DNA of 64,000 nt, taken from a virus. Positions 39,645 to 49,780 of this stretch are shown in pieces. Made by a program: the position numbers and the translations under genes. Location: positions 32,001-96,000 of the IMG/VR virus record IMGVR_UViG_3300037454_000906; one strand, written 5' to 3'. The notes below the pieces were generated by a model. That model worked only from the letters and a program-made list of their open reading frames with translations, searched no databases and was not told the DNA's origin. Within the stretch, counting starts at the first letter, position 1. Each line of letters opens with the position of its first letter.

Positions 39645-40157
39645 TTAGTCCTCCTCGGTCTGAGTGTCTTCTGTCCGTTCCACGAGGCGCCCATAGAGCA
39701 TCGTGTTGCCGTCAACGATTTCCACGCCGTCGGTGGGGAGGTTGGGTGCAACGTGGATGATGTCATTCACGCGCACGCACTTCGGGTCCTTTATTCCTTC
39801 CGGTCGGCGCATGGTGACAGGACCTGCGGTCAGCATGATGCTGCCGTTGTCAAGGCGCCCCACGAGAAGAGTGTAGTTGAGCTCTTTCAAGCGCTTGGCA
39901 AAGGGCGCAAAGAGGTCGCGCAATTCGCGAAAGTTGCCGAGGTATCCATCGGGATTTCCCATCATCTTGCTTGCACGGATTAAGCCCTGCGCGTTGACGA
40001 TGCGTTCAATGAGTTCGGTGCCGTCCTGCGCCACGTCAATGGCACGCTTGGCTCCGCTAATGATGCCGACGGCTCCCGCGATGCTCTGACGCTTGGTTAT
40101 GAGGATGTTGCGCGTCACTGCAAGTGCACGGAGTTCTTCGTTAGTAAGTTCGTCCAT
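39645..40157 (-). CDS. Hypothetical protein (MDELTNE...)
   Basis: Start after AAAGGAG; motif upstream. Confidence 0.75.
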   Translation of the reverse strand: MDELTNEELRALAVTRNILITKRQSIAGAVGIISGAKRAIDVAQDGTELIERIVNAQGLIRASKMMGNPDGYLGNFRELRDLFAPFAKRLKELNYTLLVGRLDNGSIMLTAGPVTMRRPEGIKDPKCVRVNDIIHVAPNLPTDGVEIVDGNTMLYGRLVERTEDTQTEED

Positions 40158-40244
40158 GTCTGTCTCCTTTTGTTGAACATGCCCACGATGTGCCCCCGGG
40201 TCCCACTGCACATGGGACACCGGGCACACGGTCGTTGGATAGAT

Positions 40245-40451
40245 CTACCGATTCACCTTGAAAACGAGGTCGGATTCGGCATTGACCACGGGGAACTCCT
40301 TGACCTCATAGTGGTCATAGTCCGTCCACGAGTCGGGCATGGCGCGCAAGTCCGCGTCCGCGAGCTCCATGCTCGTATAGATGCAGGTCCTCCCGTTGCG
40401 ATTGATGGGGGTGTTGGACCCGAACATCACGATGGCGAAAATCTTGTCCAT
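40245..40451 (-). CDS. Small hypothetical protein (MDKIFAI...)
   Basis: 68 aa. Confidence 0.6.
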   Translation of the reverse strand: MDKIFAIVMFGSNTPINRNGRTCIYTSMELADADLRAMPDSWTDYDHYEVKEFPVVNAESDLVFKVNR

Positions 40452-40461
40452 GCTATACCCC

Positions 40462-40809
40462 CTAGTGCCAGTTGGCCTTCTGCGCGTCCCAAAATTCGTG
40501 GATGAACGCGGTTGCCTCGGCTTCCGTGATATGGCAACGGGTGAAGTCGTCGCTGAACGGCTCCGAGCGGTACGACACGATACCATTGGAATTGTCGCAA
40601 AATTCCCTGCGGAACACGCACATGGTGCCCGTCACGGTATCCCAATAGATGTTGAATTCGTTCTTCTCGTGGTCCTTGAAGATGACATCGCCCTGAATTT
40701 CCCAATTCCCGCGCCTGTTGCGGGCGCGCTTGACCTTCTTCAAGACTTTGACCTCGGCGATAGCCGCAATCTTGTTCTCAAATTGTTTTGTGAGAGAAAC
40801 ATTTGCCAT
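40462..40809 (-). CDS. Hypothetical protein (MANVSLTK...)
   Basis: Start after AAGGAG; motif upstream. Confidence 0.75.
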   Translation of the reverse strand: MANVSLTKQFENKIAAIAEVKVLKKVKRARNRRGNWEIQGDVIFKDHEKNEFNIYWDTVTGTMCVFRREFCDNSNGIVSYRSEPFSDDFTRCHITEAEATAFIHEFWDAQKANWH

Positions 40810-40957
40810 AGTTGACTCCTTGTTAGTTGTTTTCTGAACATGCCCACGATGTGCCCCCGGATCCCACCGCAAGTGGGACATCTGACACGCGGTGGGGCGC
40901 GAGGTTGAAATTGAAAAATGTTGGCAGGGGTTTCCCCCTGCCGTGTTCATTCGGAGT

Positions 40958-41464
40958 CTAGTTCTGTTTAAAGGATAGAATCTTCTCCTTGCCGTCAAGT
41001 AGGGTAACCAAGTCGTTCTGACTTTCGTCAAGGGCATTGCCTTGGTCAAACAGGTACTCGGAGCTAACCCCGTGGTCATAGTCATCGCCGTTGCCGTTGC
41101 CGAAGAACAGCCCATCGGGTATGATGATCAGGTGATAGTCGCAACGCATGTCCACGGCCAACTGCATCTTGTATTCGGCCAACTTGTCCGACAGCGGTCG
41201 GTAGAGCCGTTGGATTTCCCTGCACTTGCTGTGAAAGTCCTGTGAGGTCATGACCGCGGACACGCTGGACTTGACTTCGGCGTCCGTTTGGTGTTGGAGC
41301 AATTCGTCAATGAGTATGCAGGCTGAATCAAGGGTCGCGCCGACAGACTGGTCACCCGCCGACTTCGGGCATTCCTTTGGCCATTCCGTGATGGACTTAT
41401 TCTCCCTGAACATGCGCTTTACGATATTGAGCGCATTGATTTCTTCGTCAGTAAACTTTCGCAT
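40958..41464 (-). CDS. Hypothetical protein (MRKFTDE...)
   Basis: Start after AAAGGAG; motif upstream. Confidence 0.75.
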   Translation of the reverse strand: MRKFTDEEINALNIVKRMFRENKSITEWPKECPKSAGDQSVGATLDSACILIDELLQHQTDAEVKSSVSAVMTSQDFHSKCREIQRLYRPLSDKLAEYKMQLAVDMRCDYHLIIIPDGLFFGNGNGDDYDHGVSSEYLFDQGNALDESQNDLVTLLDGKEKILSFKQN

Positions 41465-41588
41465 GGTTGACTCCTTTTGTTGAACATGCCCACGATGTGT
41501 CACCGGGCCCCACTGCACGCGGGAAACCGGACACACGGTGGCCATAATAGGCCGCATGGGAAATGGTGCTCGGCTGAGCACCTATATC

Positions 41589-42104
41589 CTATTTGCAGCA
41601 GACCTTGATACATTCGGCAAGCGTGGCAACCGCAATACATTCGGTGCCGCACGGCTTGTTCTTCTCGCATTCCTTGGGAATAATCAAGGTCTTGCCTTTG
41701 CATGTCTTACTCGTCACATCATTATAGACAACACTAGCAAACTCGCTAGGGCGGTTCAGACGCCCGTCAAGGCTCAAATTGCCGAAGAACGTATACTTGT
41801 CCGCGTCAAGGGTCACTTCGCCCGTGGCAGCAAGCAAGCCCATGGCGACCGCCAAATCAAGTCCATCGGTGGCCGATGAACGATACAAGCCACGGACATT
41901 CATGGTTGTGTTGAAACCCGTGATGACCTTCCCCGTTTCACGGACGGCACATCTCACCCTGTCAAGGACACCGCAGTCCTTCGGAAGGCCGAACTGGGTC
42001 AATGACGGGGTGCCGCTTGCGGAACTGACCTCAATCTCAACGGGGCTGACTTGGAAATAATTTGCGTCACAATGGTGTGCGATGGTGATAATTCTTGCGA
42101 ACAT
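41589..42104 (-). CDS. ComM/YifB (Mg-chelatase-like) N-terminal domain only
   Basis: VEIEVSSASGTPSLTQFGLP...DRVRCAV...GLDLAVAMGLLAATG...FFGNLSLDGRL...LIIPKE matches the ComM N-domain pattern; no AAA+ domain. Confidence 0.75.
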   Translation of the reverse strand: MFARIITIAHHCDANYFQVSPVEIEVSSASGTPSLTQFGLPKDCGVLDRVRCAVRETGKVITGFNTTMNVRGLYRSSATDGLDLAVAMGLLAATGEVTLDADKYTFFGNLSLDGRLNRPSEFASVVYNDVTSKTCKGKTLIIPKECEKNKPCGTECIAVATLAECIKVCCK

Positions 42105-42253
42105 GTTTAACTCCTTTGCTGAACACTCCCACGATGTGTCACCGGGTGCCACCGATCGTGGCACACCGGACACACGGTGGAAACAATGGATGCAAGTTAA
42201 AAAATTTAGTGCCCAAGCGGGCACTAATTGTAAAATTAAATTATCGTCCGACC

Positions 42254-42778
42254 CTATTTGGCACAAAGCACTTCCATCTTGTCGGCAAGGTCGCTCCCGC
42301 ATTTCTCGCTGAGAACCGACTTCGCCTTTTCAATGGCGTCCGCTCGGGTACATTCGGTGACTTTGATGGCGATGACCATGCTCTCTTGGTCATTGGAGTG
42401 TTCGTCCGACTGCCCGAACCCGAACTTGACGGACCATTCACGGGGGTCAAGTGACTCCTTGTACTTGTCAATGACGACCTTCTCGATGTGCTCCCTCAGC
42501 TGCCGTGTTATCGGGCAGCAGACGCTGCGGCAGTCTTCCCCCTTGTAGAAGGGGTCATTCGGATAGCCTACATAGAGGCCATTCTCCACCGCACCTTCCA
42601 TGATGCGAAGACCCCTGATTTGGAACTGGTCATTGAGGACGATAGCCGCCAATCCCAACAGATGTCCCATAGACGGGCCTTCCGTGAAGGGGAACACCTG
42701 CACCTGCGTAACTGCGAGGCAATCAAATGCGGACGAGGTTTCTTTTTCTTTTTCTTTTTCTGCTGCTTTCTTGCCCAT
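42254..42778 (-). CDS. spoVG: SpoVG-family nucleic-acid-binding protein with C-terminal extension
   Basis: VTQVQVFP...LAAIVLNDQFQIRGLRIMEG..GLYVGYP...VCCPITRQLREHIEKVVIDKY. Confidence 0.8.
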   Translation of the reverse strand: MGKKAAEKEKEKETSSAFDCLAVTQVQVFPFTEGPSMGHLLGLAAIVLNDQFQIRGLRIMEGAVENGLYVGYPNDPFYKGEDCRSVCCPITRQLREHIEKVVIDKYKESLDPREWSVKFGFGQSDEHSNDQESMVIAIKVTECTRADAIEKAKSVLSEKCGSDLADKMEVLCAK

Positions 42779-42900
42779 AGCTGAACTCCTTTTTCTGAAC
42801 ATGCCCACGATGTTCCACCGGATCCCACCGCGCGCGGGGCACCGAATCCATGGTGGGAATGAAAATAAAAAATTGAAATTCGGGCTTTCGCCCGATTTCA

Positions 42901-43452
42901 CTATTTGCACTTCGCCTTGATTTCTGTGCGGTTGTCAAGGAACCACTTGATGTCTTCCACCAAATTTTCAGCGGTCTCTTCCACTGAATTGGCGTTGGCG
43001 CCCACTGCAAGCAACTTCTTTACTTGGTCAAGTGAGTCAGCATGTTCCTTGCGCTTTTGGGCGATAAAGGCGTAACACTTGGCAAGGCTATCCTTTCCTG
43101 CCTCTCCAAAGAACTTGGCAAAATGCATGCCCACATACACTTCCACCTCGTAGTTGTTTTGGTTTAAAACGCAGTGGCCCGTTTTCAGCAATTGGTCCAT
43201 GTGGACACTTGCATTAAAGATTTCGGGGCCGTAGCAATGGAGCAGGCAACGTTGATAATCCTCCTTGCCAATGGTCTGAATGCCGAGTTCGTGGCGATAG
43301 GAATAGCTGGACTTCTTAGAAAGGACGAAATAGAGCTTGTCCGATTCTACGCGGGCATAGTCTTTCACTTCTACTTTGTCGGAATTTACATCAACATTGC
43401 CAACGATTTCAAATGCGTAGCGGTTGGTGTAGCGAATAATGGTTGTAGCCAT
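42901..43452 (-). CDS. Hypothetical protein (MATTIIRY...)
   Basis: Start after AAAGGAG; motif upstream. Confidence 0.75.
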   Translation of the reverse strand: MATTIIRYTNRYAFEIVGNVDVNSDKVEVKDYARVESDKLYFVLSKKSSYSYRHELGIQTIGKEDYQRCLLHCYGPEIFNASVHMDQLLKTGHCVLNQNNYEVEVYVGMHFAKFFGEAGKDSLAKCYAFIAQKRKEHADSLDQVKKLLAVGANANSVEETAENLVEDIKWFLDNRTEIKAKCK

Positions 43453-43739
43453 AATGGACTCCTTTTGTTGAACATGTCCACGATGTTCCACCGGATCCCA
43501 CCGCACATGGGACACCTGGAACATGGTGGGGGCGCAGTCAATAAAAAATGAAATCCCGAATGTCCTCATGGGTGTTAAGCCCCCCACCGCGCCGATTGGA
43601 CATTCGGGATAAAGGTTAAATTCTCAGAACCGAACGGCAGACATGCACCATGTCCCCGAAGATAACGTCACGCCAACGACAACCCACGCAGAACACGCCT
43701 TTAACGATGGACGGGGCTGGCTTGGTCGGCACACGCTTG

Positions 43740-43988
43740 CTATGCTTTCCCATCATCCCCATCCTTCACGGGAGTCAGCGCCCCGTTAGAAATCAAAAAT
43801 TCATGGAGCTTCTTGGTCACAAGGTATTCCTTGCCGTCAACGTTGTAGGTGTACACGGAGAAACACTTTTCCCCCTTGCGCACGAATCCGGTTATGGAAT
43901 CGGAAACCGTGATGTCAGCCTTGCTCGCCTTTAAAATGTCAGCGAGCGCATCGTGGTCGGCCCTGCACTTCTTGAAAAAATTCTGCAT
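43740..43988 (-). CDS. Hypothetical protein (MQNFFKK...)
   Basis: Start after AAAGGAG; motif upstream. Confidence 0.7.
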   Translation of the reverse strand: MQNFFKKCRADHDALADILKASKADITVSDSITGFVRKGEKCFSVYTYNVDGKEYLVTKKLHEFLISNGALTPVKDGDDGKA

Positions 43989-44140
43989 TTCAAACTCCTT
44001 TTCTGAACATTCCCACGTTGTGCCGCCGGACTCCACCCGTCACGGGAATCCAGGCCCGCGGTGGGCGCCCTTGTCACAAAAAACGTATCGCTTTTGTGAC
44101 AACCCCGCCCCCGATGGGGGACGGGTGTCCACCCCCATGC

Positions 44141-44467
44141 CTAGACGGCAACCGAGCCCGCTTGGTGCAGCTCGGGGACATACGCATAGACACGCCAATG
44201 CCCCTCGGTGTAATGCGTTTCGGCCCAAAGAGCCGCCTGTGTCGGGTTGTCAAAGGTCATGCCGTTCTCGTCGTCACGCCATTCCCCGACCGCATAGCTC
44301 TCTTTCTTGCCCGTCAAGGGATTGTCCTTGTGGCCGATGAACTTTCGGAACCATACTTCCCCACTGACCTTGTAGGTCACGCTAGGGAACATCTGTTTCA
44401 AAATAGTGTAGGGGAGTTGTTCTATTTCCCTTGCGTTGGCTATCGCCATGAGTTCGTTATTGCCCAT
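44141..44467 (-). CDS. Hypothetical protein
   Basis: 108 aa, AAAGGAG RBS, motif upstream. Confidence 0.75.
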   Translation of the reverse strand: MGNNELMAIANAREIEQLPYTILKQMFPSVTYKVSGEVWFRKFIGHKDNPLTGKKESYAVGEWRDDENGMTFDNPTQAALWAETHYTEGHWRVYAYVPELHQAGSVAV

Positions 44468-44610
44468 TTGGTACTCCTTTGATGAACATGGTCACGATGT
44501 GCCGCCGGCCCCCACCACCCGTGGCCCATCGGACACACGGTGGAACCGGAGCCCACACCGAAAAAAGAAAAGGAAAAGGGTCGCCCCATTCCTTTTCTGT
44601 GGAAAAAACC

Positions 44611-45036
44611 CTAGTCCTTTTCTATGGAAACCTTATCCAATACGTAAATATCCCCGTTGGATAACTTGATGGCGTCATGCTCCGAGAGGTCGGCCATGGC
44701 GCTGCAACAGCCCCATTCGGCAGTGAATCCCCAATGGGCGATGGCGGCCTCGCGCCAGCTCTTGTAGTCCGTTCCGGCCTTCTCGTTGTAGGGCCCGATC
44801 TTCTCGTTGTCAATCGCCGGACCTTCGTCATTTTTGAGGTAGATGGCCGAGCATCCGGTAAAGCCGCCTTCAAGCAAGGACAGGGCGCAGTCGTTGTTGA
44901 TTTCATGGGCAAGAGCCTCTTCGCCCTTCTTCTTGCGGGTGAACCACTTGTCCACCCCATCGTCATTAGCGTTGCGGGTTTCAAGGTGATAGACCTTGAT
45001 TAGCTTGTAGGGCTGCTCCAAAAAATTTTTCTTCAT
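44611..45036 (-). CDS. Hypothetical protein (MKKNFLE...)
   Basis: Start after AAAGGA; motif upstream. Confidence 0.75.
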   Translation of the reverse strand: MKKNFLEQPYKLIKVYHLETRNANDDGVDKWFTRKKKGEEALAHEINNDCALSLLEGGFTGCSAIYLKNDEGPAIDNEKIGPYNEKAGTDYKSWREAAIAHWGFTAEWGCCSAMADLSEHDAIKLSNGDIYVLDKVSIEKD

Positions 45037-45222
45037 GGTTGTATCCTTTTGTTGAACACACCCACGCTGTGCAGCCGGACCCCACCCGCCGCGGACCCAC
45101 GGGAACATGGTGGAACCGGTCATCCTTCCGGCACCGGGTACATGGTGGAACCCGGATAATTTCCGTTACAGAAAAGGGGCAAGGGCGAACCCCTGCCCCC
45201 CGTTCATCGGAGTCAAAAGCCC

Positions 45223-45546
45223 CTAGTCGGTCATGCGGTAGAAGTAGTCCGCTGCGTCCCCTTCAAGCATGTCGCACGCATACGTGTCCGCCGTGCGCCA
45301 AAGTTCGTCATAGAGTTTCGCATACTCAGGGTTTTTCTCGTGCCATTCCCAAATCTTGTGGTTGAGGGCGATGACGAGGTGGGTGAGGTAGCGGTAGTCA
45401 CGTTTCCATTCGTTGAACGCCCGGTTGAACGTGTCACGGATGGCCTTTACCCCGAACTTATCAGCAATGGTGAAGTCGCTGGGGAACGTGGTGGAGAACC
45501 CCTCCTCGTTCAACTTTTCCGAAATTTTCTTTTCCTTGGTTTCCAT
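45223..45546 (-). CDS. Hypothetical phage protein (METKEKK...)
   Basis: Start after AAAGGAGG; motif upstream. Confidence 0.8.
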   Translation of the reverse strand: METKEKKISEKLNEEGFSTTFPSDFTIADKFGVKAIRDTFNRAFNEWKRDYRYLTHLVIALNHKIWEWHEKNPEYAKLYDELWRTADTYACDMLEGDAADYFYRMTD

Positions 45547-45715
45547 GTAGCCTCCTTTTTCTGAACATGCCCACGGTGTATCCCCGGACCCAACCGATCG
45601 CGGGGATCCGGATACACGGTTGGCACCAGGTAAAAAATTTGGGGGAATGCCCACCCAAAATATTCGGGGAACTTCTATATCGTATTGGATGCCGTTTTGA
45701 AAGCCCCGTTAAACC

Positions 45716-46312
45716 TTAAATCCCCTGCATTCCCTGTTCAAAAATTTCGGGATAGAGCCTACAAATTGAAGTATATCCGCTCCGACCGATGACGATGTGG
45801 TCAAGCACAGGAAGTTTCAAAATTTTTCCCGATGCGCATAGCACTCGGGTCAATGTAATATCCTGCTCGGATGGCGCAGTGTCACCGCTCGGGTGATTAT
45901 GGGCAAATATGACACTCACTGCATTGTCAAGTATAGCAAAACGGAACGATTCCCGTGGGGCGCATTTGGTTTCGTTCACGAGCCCCTTGGTCACGATGTG
46001 CTTGCCGATGATATGGTTGTGTGAATCAAGGGTCACCACAACCATGTTTTCCTGCCGTTCCCACTTCAACCACGATACGTGATTGACGATTGTGGAAGGG
46101 TCGGTGACGGATATTGCCCTAGTCCCAGCAAGATACTCCGCAGAACTCTCCATGACCATGAGCAGAGTGTTGGCAACGTTCATGCCGACACCACGGAACT
46201 TCACAAGGTCGTTCGCCTTTGCGTAGGGGTTCTCGGCGAGATAGTCGGCAACCCTTATACCCGTGTATTCGTCGCCTATTATGCGACCGAAAATCTGTGC
46301 CAAACTTGTCAT
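45716..46312 (-). CDS. radC: RadC-like JAB-domain protein
   Basis: E...VVVTLDSHNHII...G.VNET...PRE.FRFAILDNAVSVIFAHNHPSGDTAPSEQDITLT...LDHIVIG (JAB H-N-H-P-S...D motif). Confidence 0.9.
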   Translation of the reverse strand: MTSLAQIFGRIIGDEYTGIRVADYLAENPYAKANDLVKFRGVGMNVANTLLMVMESSAEYLAGTRAISVTDPSTIVNHVSWLKWERQENMVVVTLDSHNHIIGKHIVTKGLVNETKCAPRESFRFAILDNAVSVIFAHNHPSGDTAPSEQDITLTRVLCASGKILKLPVLDHIVIGRSGYTSICRLYPEIFEQGMQGI

Positions 46313-46461
46313 GGCGAACCTCTTTGAATTGAACATGCCCACGCTGTTCCGCCAGGGCCAACTGCACGCGGGGATCCGGATACACGGTTGGCGCGGCTCC
46401 CCCGAGGAAAAAAGTTTGGTGCCCGTGTGGGCACCTAGTTCACTCCCATGTCCCGCACGGC

Positions 46462-46779
46462 TTACGGAGTCACCAACTTCGCCCTGTCCTTGAACCAATC
46501 GGTCGCCACAATCTTGGCATAGTCGGGCTGCTTGGGGTTTGCCTTGAACGCATCGTTCACGGCTTTCATCATGGTGTCGTTGCGGAAATAGAGGACCTTG
46601 CCCTCGGCCTCCACATTGATGAACGGAGACCATCCATCCTCCACTTGGTAACGGGCGTCCTTGGCTTCCTCCTCGGTAGAAAATTCCACCTCGTAGTGCT
46701 TGGTCTCCTTGATGGGCTTGGCCGACTCGGCCATCATCGCAGCCATCGCCAATTCGCCAATAACATTGATTCCCGACAT
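46462..46779 (-). CDS. Hypothetical protein (MSGINVI...)
   Basis: Start after AAGGAG; motif upstream. Confidence 0.7.
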   Translation of the reverse strand: MSGINVIGELAMAAMMAESAKPIKETKHYEVEFSTEEEAKDARYQVEDGWSPFINVEAEGKVLYFRNDTMMKAVNDAFKANPKQPDYAKIVATDWFKDRAKLVTP

Positions 46780-46916
46780 TGCAAACTCCTTTTGAACATG
46801 CCCACGATGTATCCTCGGCCCCAACCGCCCGCGGGAATCCGGATGCACGGTTGGCGCCGATGATAAAATTTTTAAAGGAAGGTGCCCAAGTGGGCACCTT
46901 TTTTCGTGGCTACAAG

Positions 46917-47324
46917 TTAAAGGTTAAAGTTGATTTCGTGTTTCAGTTCGTCGGGGATTTCGTCTTTGAGGATTTTGTCGTCATCCCACACGGAGTCGGG
47001 AATGTAGCCGTCCCCGTCAGGTTCGGCGAACCCGTTCTTGATGGCGTCACGCAGAACGCCCATGTCGCCCTCGTCAATCTTGCGGAGCTCGGCCACGGAG
47101 AGCTGAACGCTCATGCCGACACGCATCCAAATCTTGTGCTTCTTGTTTTCGTCAATTTCCTTTTTCTCGGGTTCGGGACATTCCCCGCTTTCGGAATTTT
47201 CTTCCGCTTCGCCGAAATCATCGTCGGACGGGGCGGGATTTTCAAACCCGCAGTCCATACAGAAAAACTGTCCGTTGTCTTCCGAGATGTTCTCGCTGCC
47301 GCAATTCCAACACTTCTGTGCCAT
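46917..47324 (-). CDS. N-terminal Zn-ribbon, acidic protein
   Basis: MAQKCWNCG...FFCMDCG; AAAGGAG RBS; motif upstream. Confidence 0.75.
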   Translation of the reverse strand: MAQKCWNCGSENISEDNGQFFCMDCGFENPAPSDDDFGEAEENSESGECPEPEKKEIDENKKHKIWMRVGMSVQLSVAELRKIDEGDMGVLRDAIKNGFAEPDGDGYIPDSVWDDDKILKDEIPDELKHEINFNL

Positions 47325-47467
47325 ATTGTACTCCTTTCGTTGAATGTTCCCACGATGTTCCACCGGACCCCACCGCATGCTCCACCCAGGGAACACGGTG
47401 GACGCCCGGCCACCCCGAGGTACATGGGCGCCCCGATGCAGTATCGGGGCGCCCCGTTTCCTCCCTC

Positions 47468-47719
47468 TTAGCCCTGTACCAAAGACCAGCTGGGATGCTT
47501 GACCATTCGGCCCGACTTGTCAAGTCCGTGAATCCACTTCTTGACGATGCGCCACCCGATAAGGCGATAATCTTCCCGTTCGGTGCGGTACCAGATGCTG
47601 CCGTTGTTGTAGTCAACGAACACGCCGAGGAACGCACCGCCCGCACGCTTGGCGGCTTCCCATGCCTTTTGGCACAGATTGCGCAACTGACCCATGACCT
47701 TGTAGACGAATTTTTTCAT
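47468..47719 (-). CDS. Hypothetical protein (MKKFVYK...)
   Basis: Start after AAAGGAG; motif upstream. Confidence 0.7.
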   Translation of the reverse strand: MKKFVYKVMGQLRNLCQKAWEAAKRAGGAFLGVFVDYNNGSIWYRTEREDYRLIGWRIVKKWIHGLDKSGRMVKHPSWSLVQG

Positions 47720-47845
47720 TTCCTGAACTCCTTTGGTTGAACATGCCCACGTTGTATCCCCGGAGTCCACCGGATCAGTTACCCCGGATACCCGGTGGGC
47801 GCCCGTGAACCCGTGGGGAAAGGGGACGCGCCCCGTCCCCCTTGG

Positions 47846-48331
47846 CTAGTCAATAAGATATTTCCAGTCTCGGATTATGCCCTCAACGTCCACCTCGGCA
47901 CCTGTGGCTACATCAACGAACACCCCGTGCGCGGGACACCAAAGGACACTATGGCGATGGTTCCCCAAGTAGTCAACCCCCACCACCTTTGCCGCGTACT
48001 GGGCTCCGTTGTGGCGCAGACCCATCTTCACGGGGGTGTACTGGAAGATGTGACCCTCTTCCATGAGGCGCCTGACGAGCTCCGTGAGGCCGTCCTCGGG
48101 CAGGTTCACCTCAACCACTTCCCAGTAATGGATGCACCCGCGGTAGTCAAGGCTGACTGCCTCGTCGGTGACCTCGGGATCCGCCTCGATTCCTTCCCGT
48201 TCCTTGAATTCAAGGGCTAAGCGGAGAGCCTCCCCCTTGGCCAAGTCAAACGTTTCGCAAGGTTCGCCCTGTTGGCCGGTGATGCTTTCATGCGAATCGC
48301 ACCTGTTGACAACGATGTATTTGATTGACAT
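47846..48331 (-). CDS. Hypothetical protein (MSIKYIV...)
   Basis: Start after AAAGGAG; motif upstream. Confidence 0.75.
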   Translation of the reverse strand: MSIKYIVVNRCDSHESITGQQGEPCETFDLAKGEALRLALEFKEREGIEADPEVTDEAVSLDYRGCIHYWEVVEVNLPEDGLTELVRRLMEEGHIFQYTPVKMGLRHNGAQYAAKVVGVDYLGNHRHSVLWCPAHGVFVDVATGAEVDVEGIIRDWKYLID

Positions 48332-48458
48332 ATGGCTCCTTTTCTGAACGTGCCCACGGTGCGCCGCCGGACCCCACCGGATCCGGTTCACGGGGAACAC
48401 GGTTGGCGCGGTTCCCCAGAGGCGAAAAGTTTGGTGCCCATGTGGGCACCTAGTTCAC

Positions 48459-48665
48459 TCATGCTGCCTTCTTCATGGAATCATATTCCGCACGGAGTTC
48501 ACGGAGTCTGGCGTCACGGTACCCAATGAACCTCGTCCACTGCTCGTGCCAACGATGGGACCTGCCCACATCCCGCATGTTCGCCATGTGGTCAAAGATG
48601 CCGTCGCAGATGCGGCAAAGGGTCATGTACTTCTTGTCCGAATGGACGCATTCCTTGAAATTCAT
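48459..48665 (-). CDS. Small hypothetical protein
   Basis: 68-aa ORF. Confidence 0.6.
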   Translation of the reverse strand: MNFKECVHSDKKYMTLCRICDGIFDHMANMRDVGRSHRWHEQWTRFIGYRDARLRELRAEYDSMKKAA

Positions 48666-48688
48666 AGCGTACCACTTTAAAAAATTTT

Positions 48689-48874
48689 TTACATGCCGCT
48701 CTCAATGGCCATGGAAAAGTCAACGCAGTCCTTGCAGCCGTGATACCTGCTCAGCGCGGCCTCGGTCTGCTCGGGACCCATCTCATCAAAATATTTCAGA
48801 AGACGCCCGTAGAACCCCTGAGCACGGGAAAGGGCCCTTATCCACCCGAGTATGGTCTTGGTCTTTTCGCTCAT
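48689..48874 (-). CDS. Small protein, paralog of 36673..36873
   Basis: Shared motifs with 36673..36873; AAAGGAG RBS; motif upstream. Confidence 0.7.
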   Translation of the reverse strand: MSEKTKTILGWIRALSRAQGFYGRLLKYFDEMGPEQTEAALSRYHGCKDCVDFSMAIESGM

Positions 48875-49396
48875 GTTGAAACTCCTTTTCTGAACACGCC
48901 CACGGTGCACCGCCGGACCCCACCGGATCCGCTACGCCGGGCACACGGTGGCGCCGCACGCGTCACGATACAGGAACGGGCGGTTCCCGAGGGGTATCGG
49001 GAACCGCCCGTCATTGCTTGGCTCGGGCTTCGGATGCCAGTTTCGCCCTGCGGTCGCCTATTCATATCGTCGTAAGTTGGACATCCCGACCCGACGACCT
49101 TGCCACATATCCGCTACTTGCCCACGGGGCGCACCACGCACGGGAATCCCGCTGCGCTGCGCTTGGCAGCGTTCCTGTCCGCAACCGACTTCTTGTAGTG
49201 GGAAGAGAAAAGGTTGAGACCGGCAGTGGTGACCGAGTAAACGCCATACTTTTTCATTTTGTAACCTCCGTTGTTTGAACATGCCCACGTTGCGCCCCCG
49301 GACCCAACCGCCCGCGGGACATCCCGGACACGGTGGGGCGCGCCGTGTCCCTTGAAGCATGGTGCCCATATGGGCACCCCGTCTCCCCCCGTGCAA

Positions 49397-49780
49397 TTAC
49401 TTCTTCATTTCGTCCCCCCTGCTGAGCTCGTTTAGCACGAGCGTGTTCATGTCCGTCTCGGGCGCCTCCAAGAGCGAGAGGACCCTGTGCAGAGTGTGGT
49501 TCGGCATGTAGCCGAATTCGAATGCACGCTTTGAGCCGTCTTTGTCATCGCACACGATTACGGGATTCATGTCGGCTCCAGCGGCCACATGGGTTATCGT
49601 GAACTTCAGGGGAGGCATATATCCCTTGATGCTGAACTTGACGGGTTTCGGGAGAGGCACCAGCTTTTTACGCTGATCGGCCTCGCTGCATTCGGGGAAC
49701 ATTGCCCCCGCCTTCGCCATGATGCTCTTGTAGAGGTGCTCCCTGTACATTACCGCAGTGAATACGCCCATAGATGCCAT
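49397..49780 (-). CDS. Hypothetical protein
   Basis: Start after AAAGGAG; motif upstream. Confidence 0.7.
   Translation of the reverse strand: MASMGVFTAVMYREHLYKSIMAKAGAMFPECSEADQRKKLVPLPKPVKFSIKGYMPPLKFTITHVAAGADMNPVIVCDDKDGSKRAFEFGYMPNHTLHRVLSLLEAPETDMNTLVLNELSRGDEMKK

Noticed and set aside
42568-42828. Poly-Lys ORF (QQKKKKKKKP)
   Set aside because: It is an alternative frame of the spoVG 5' end.
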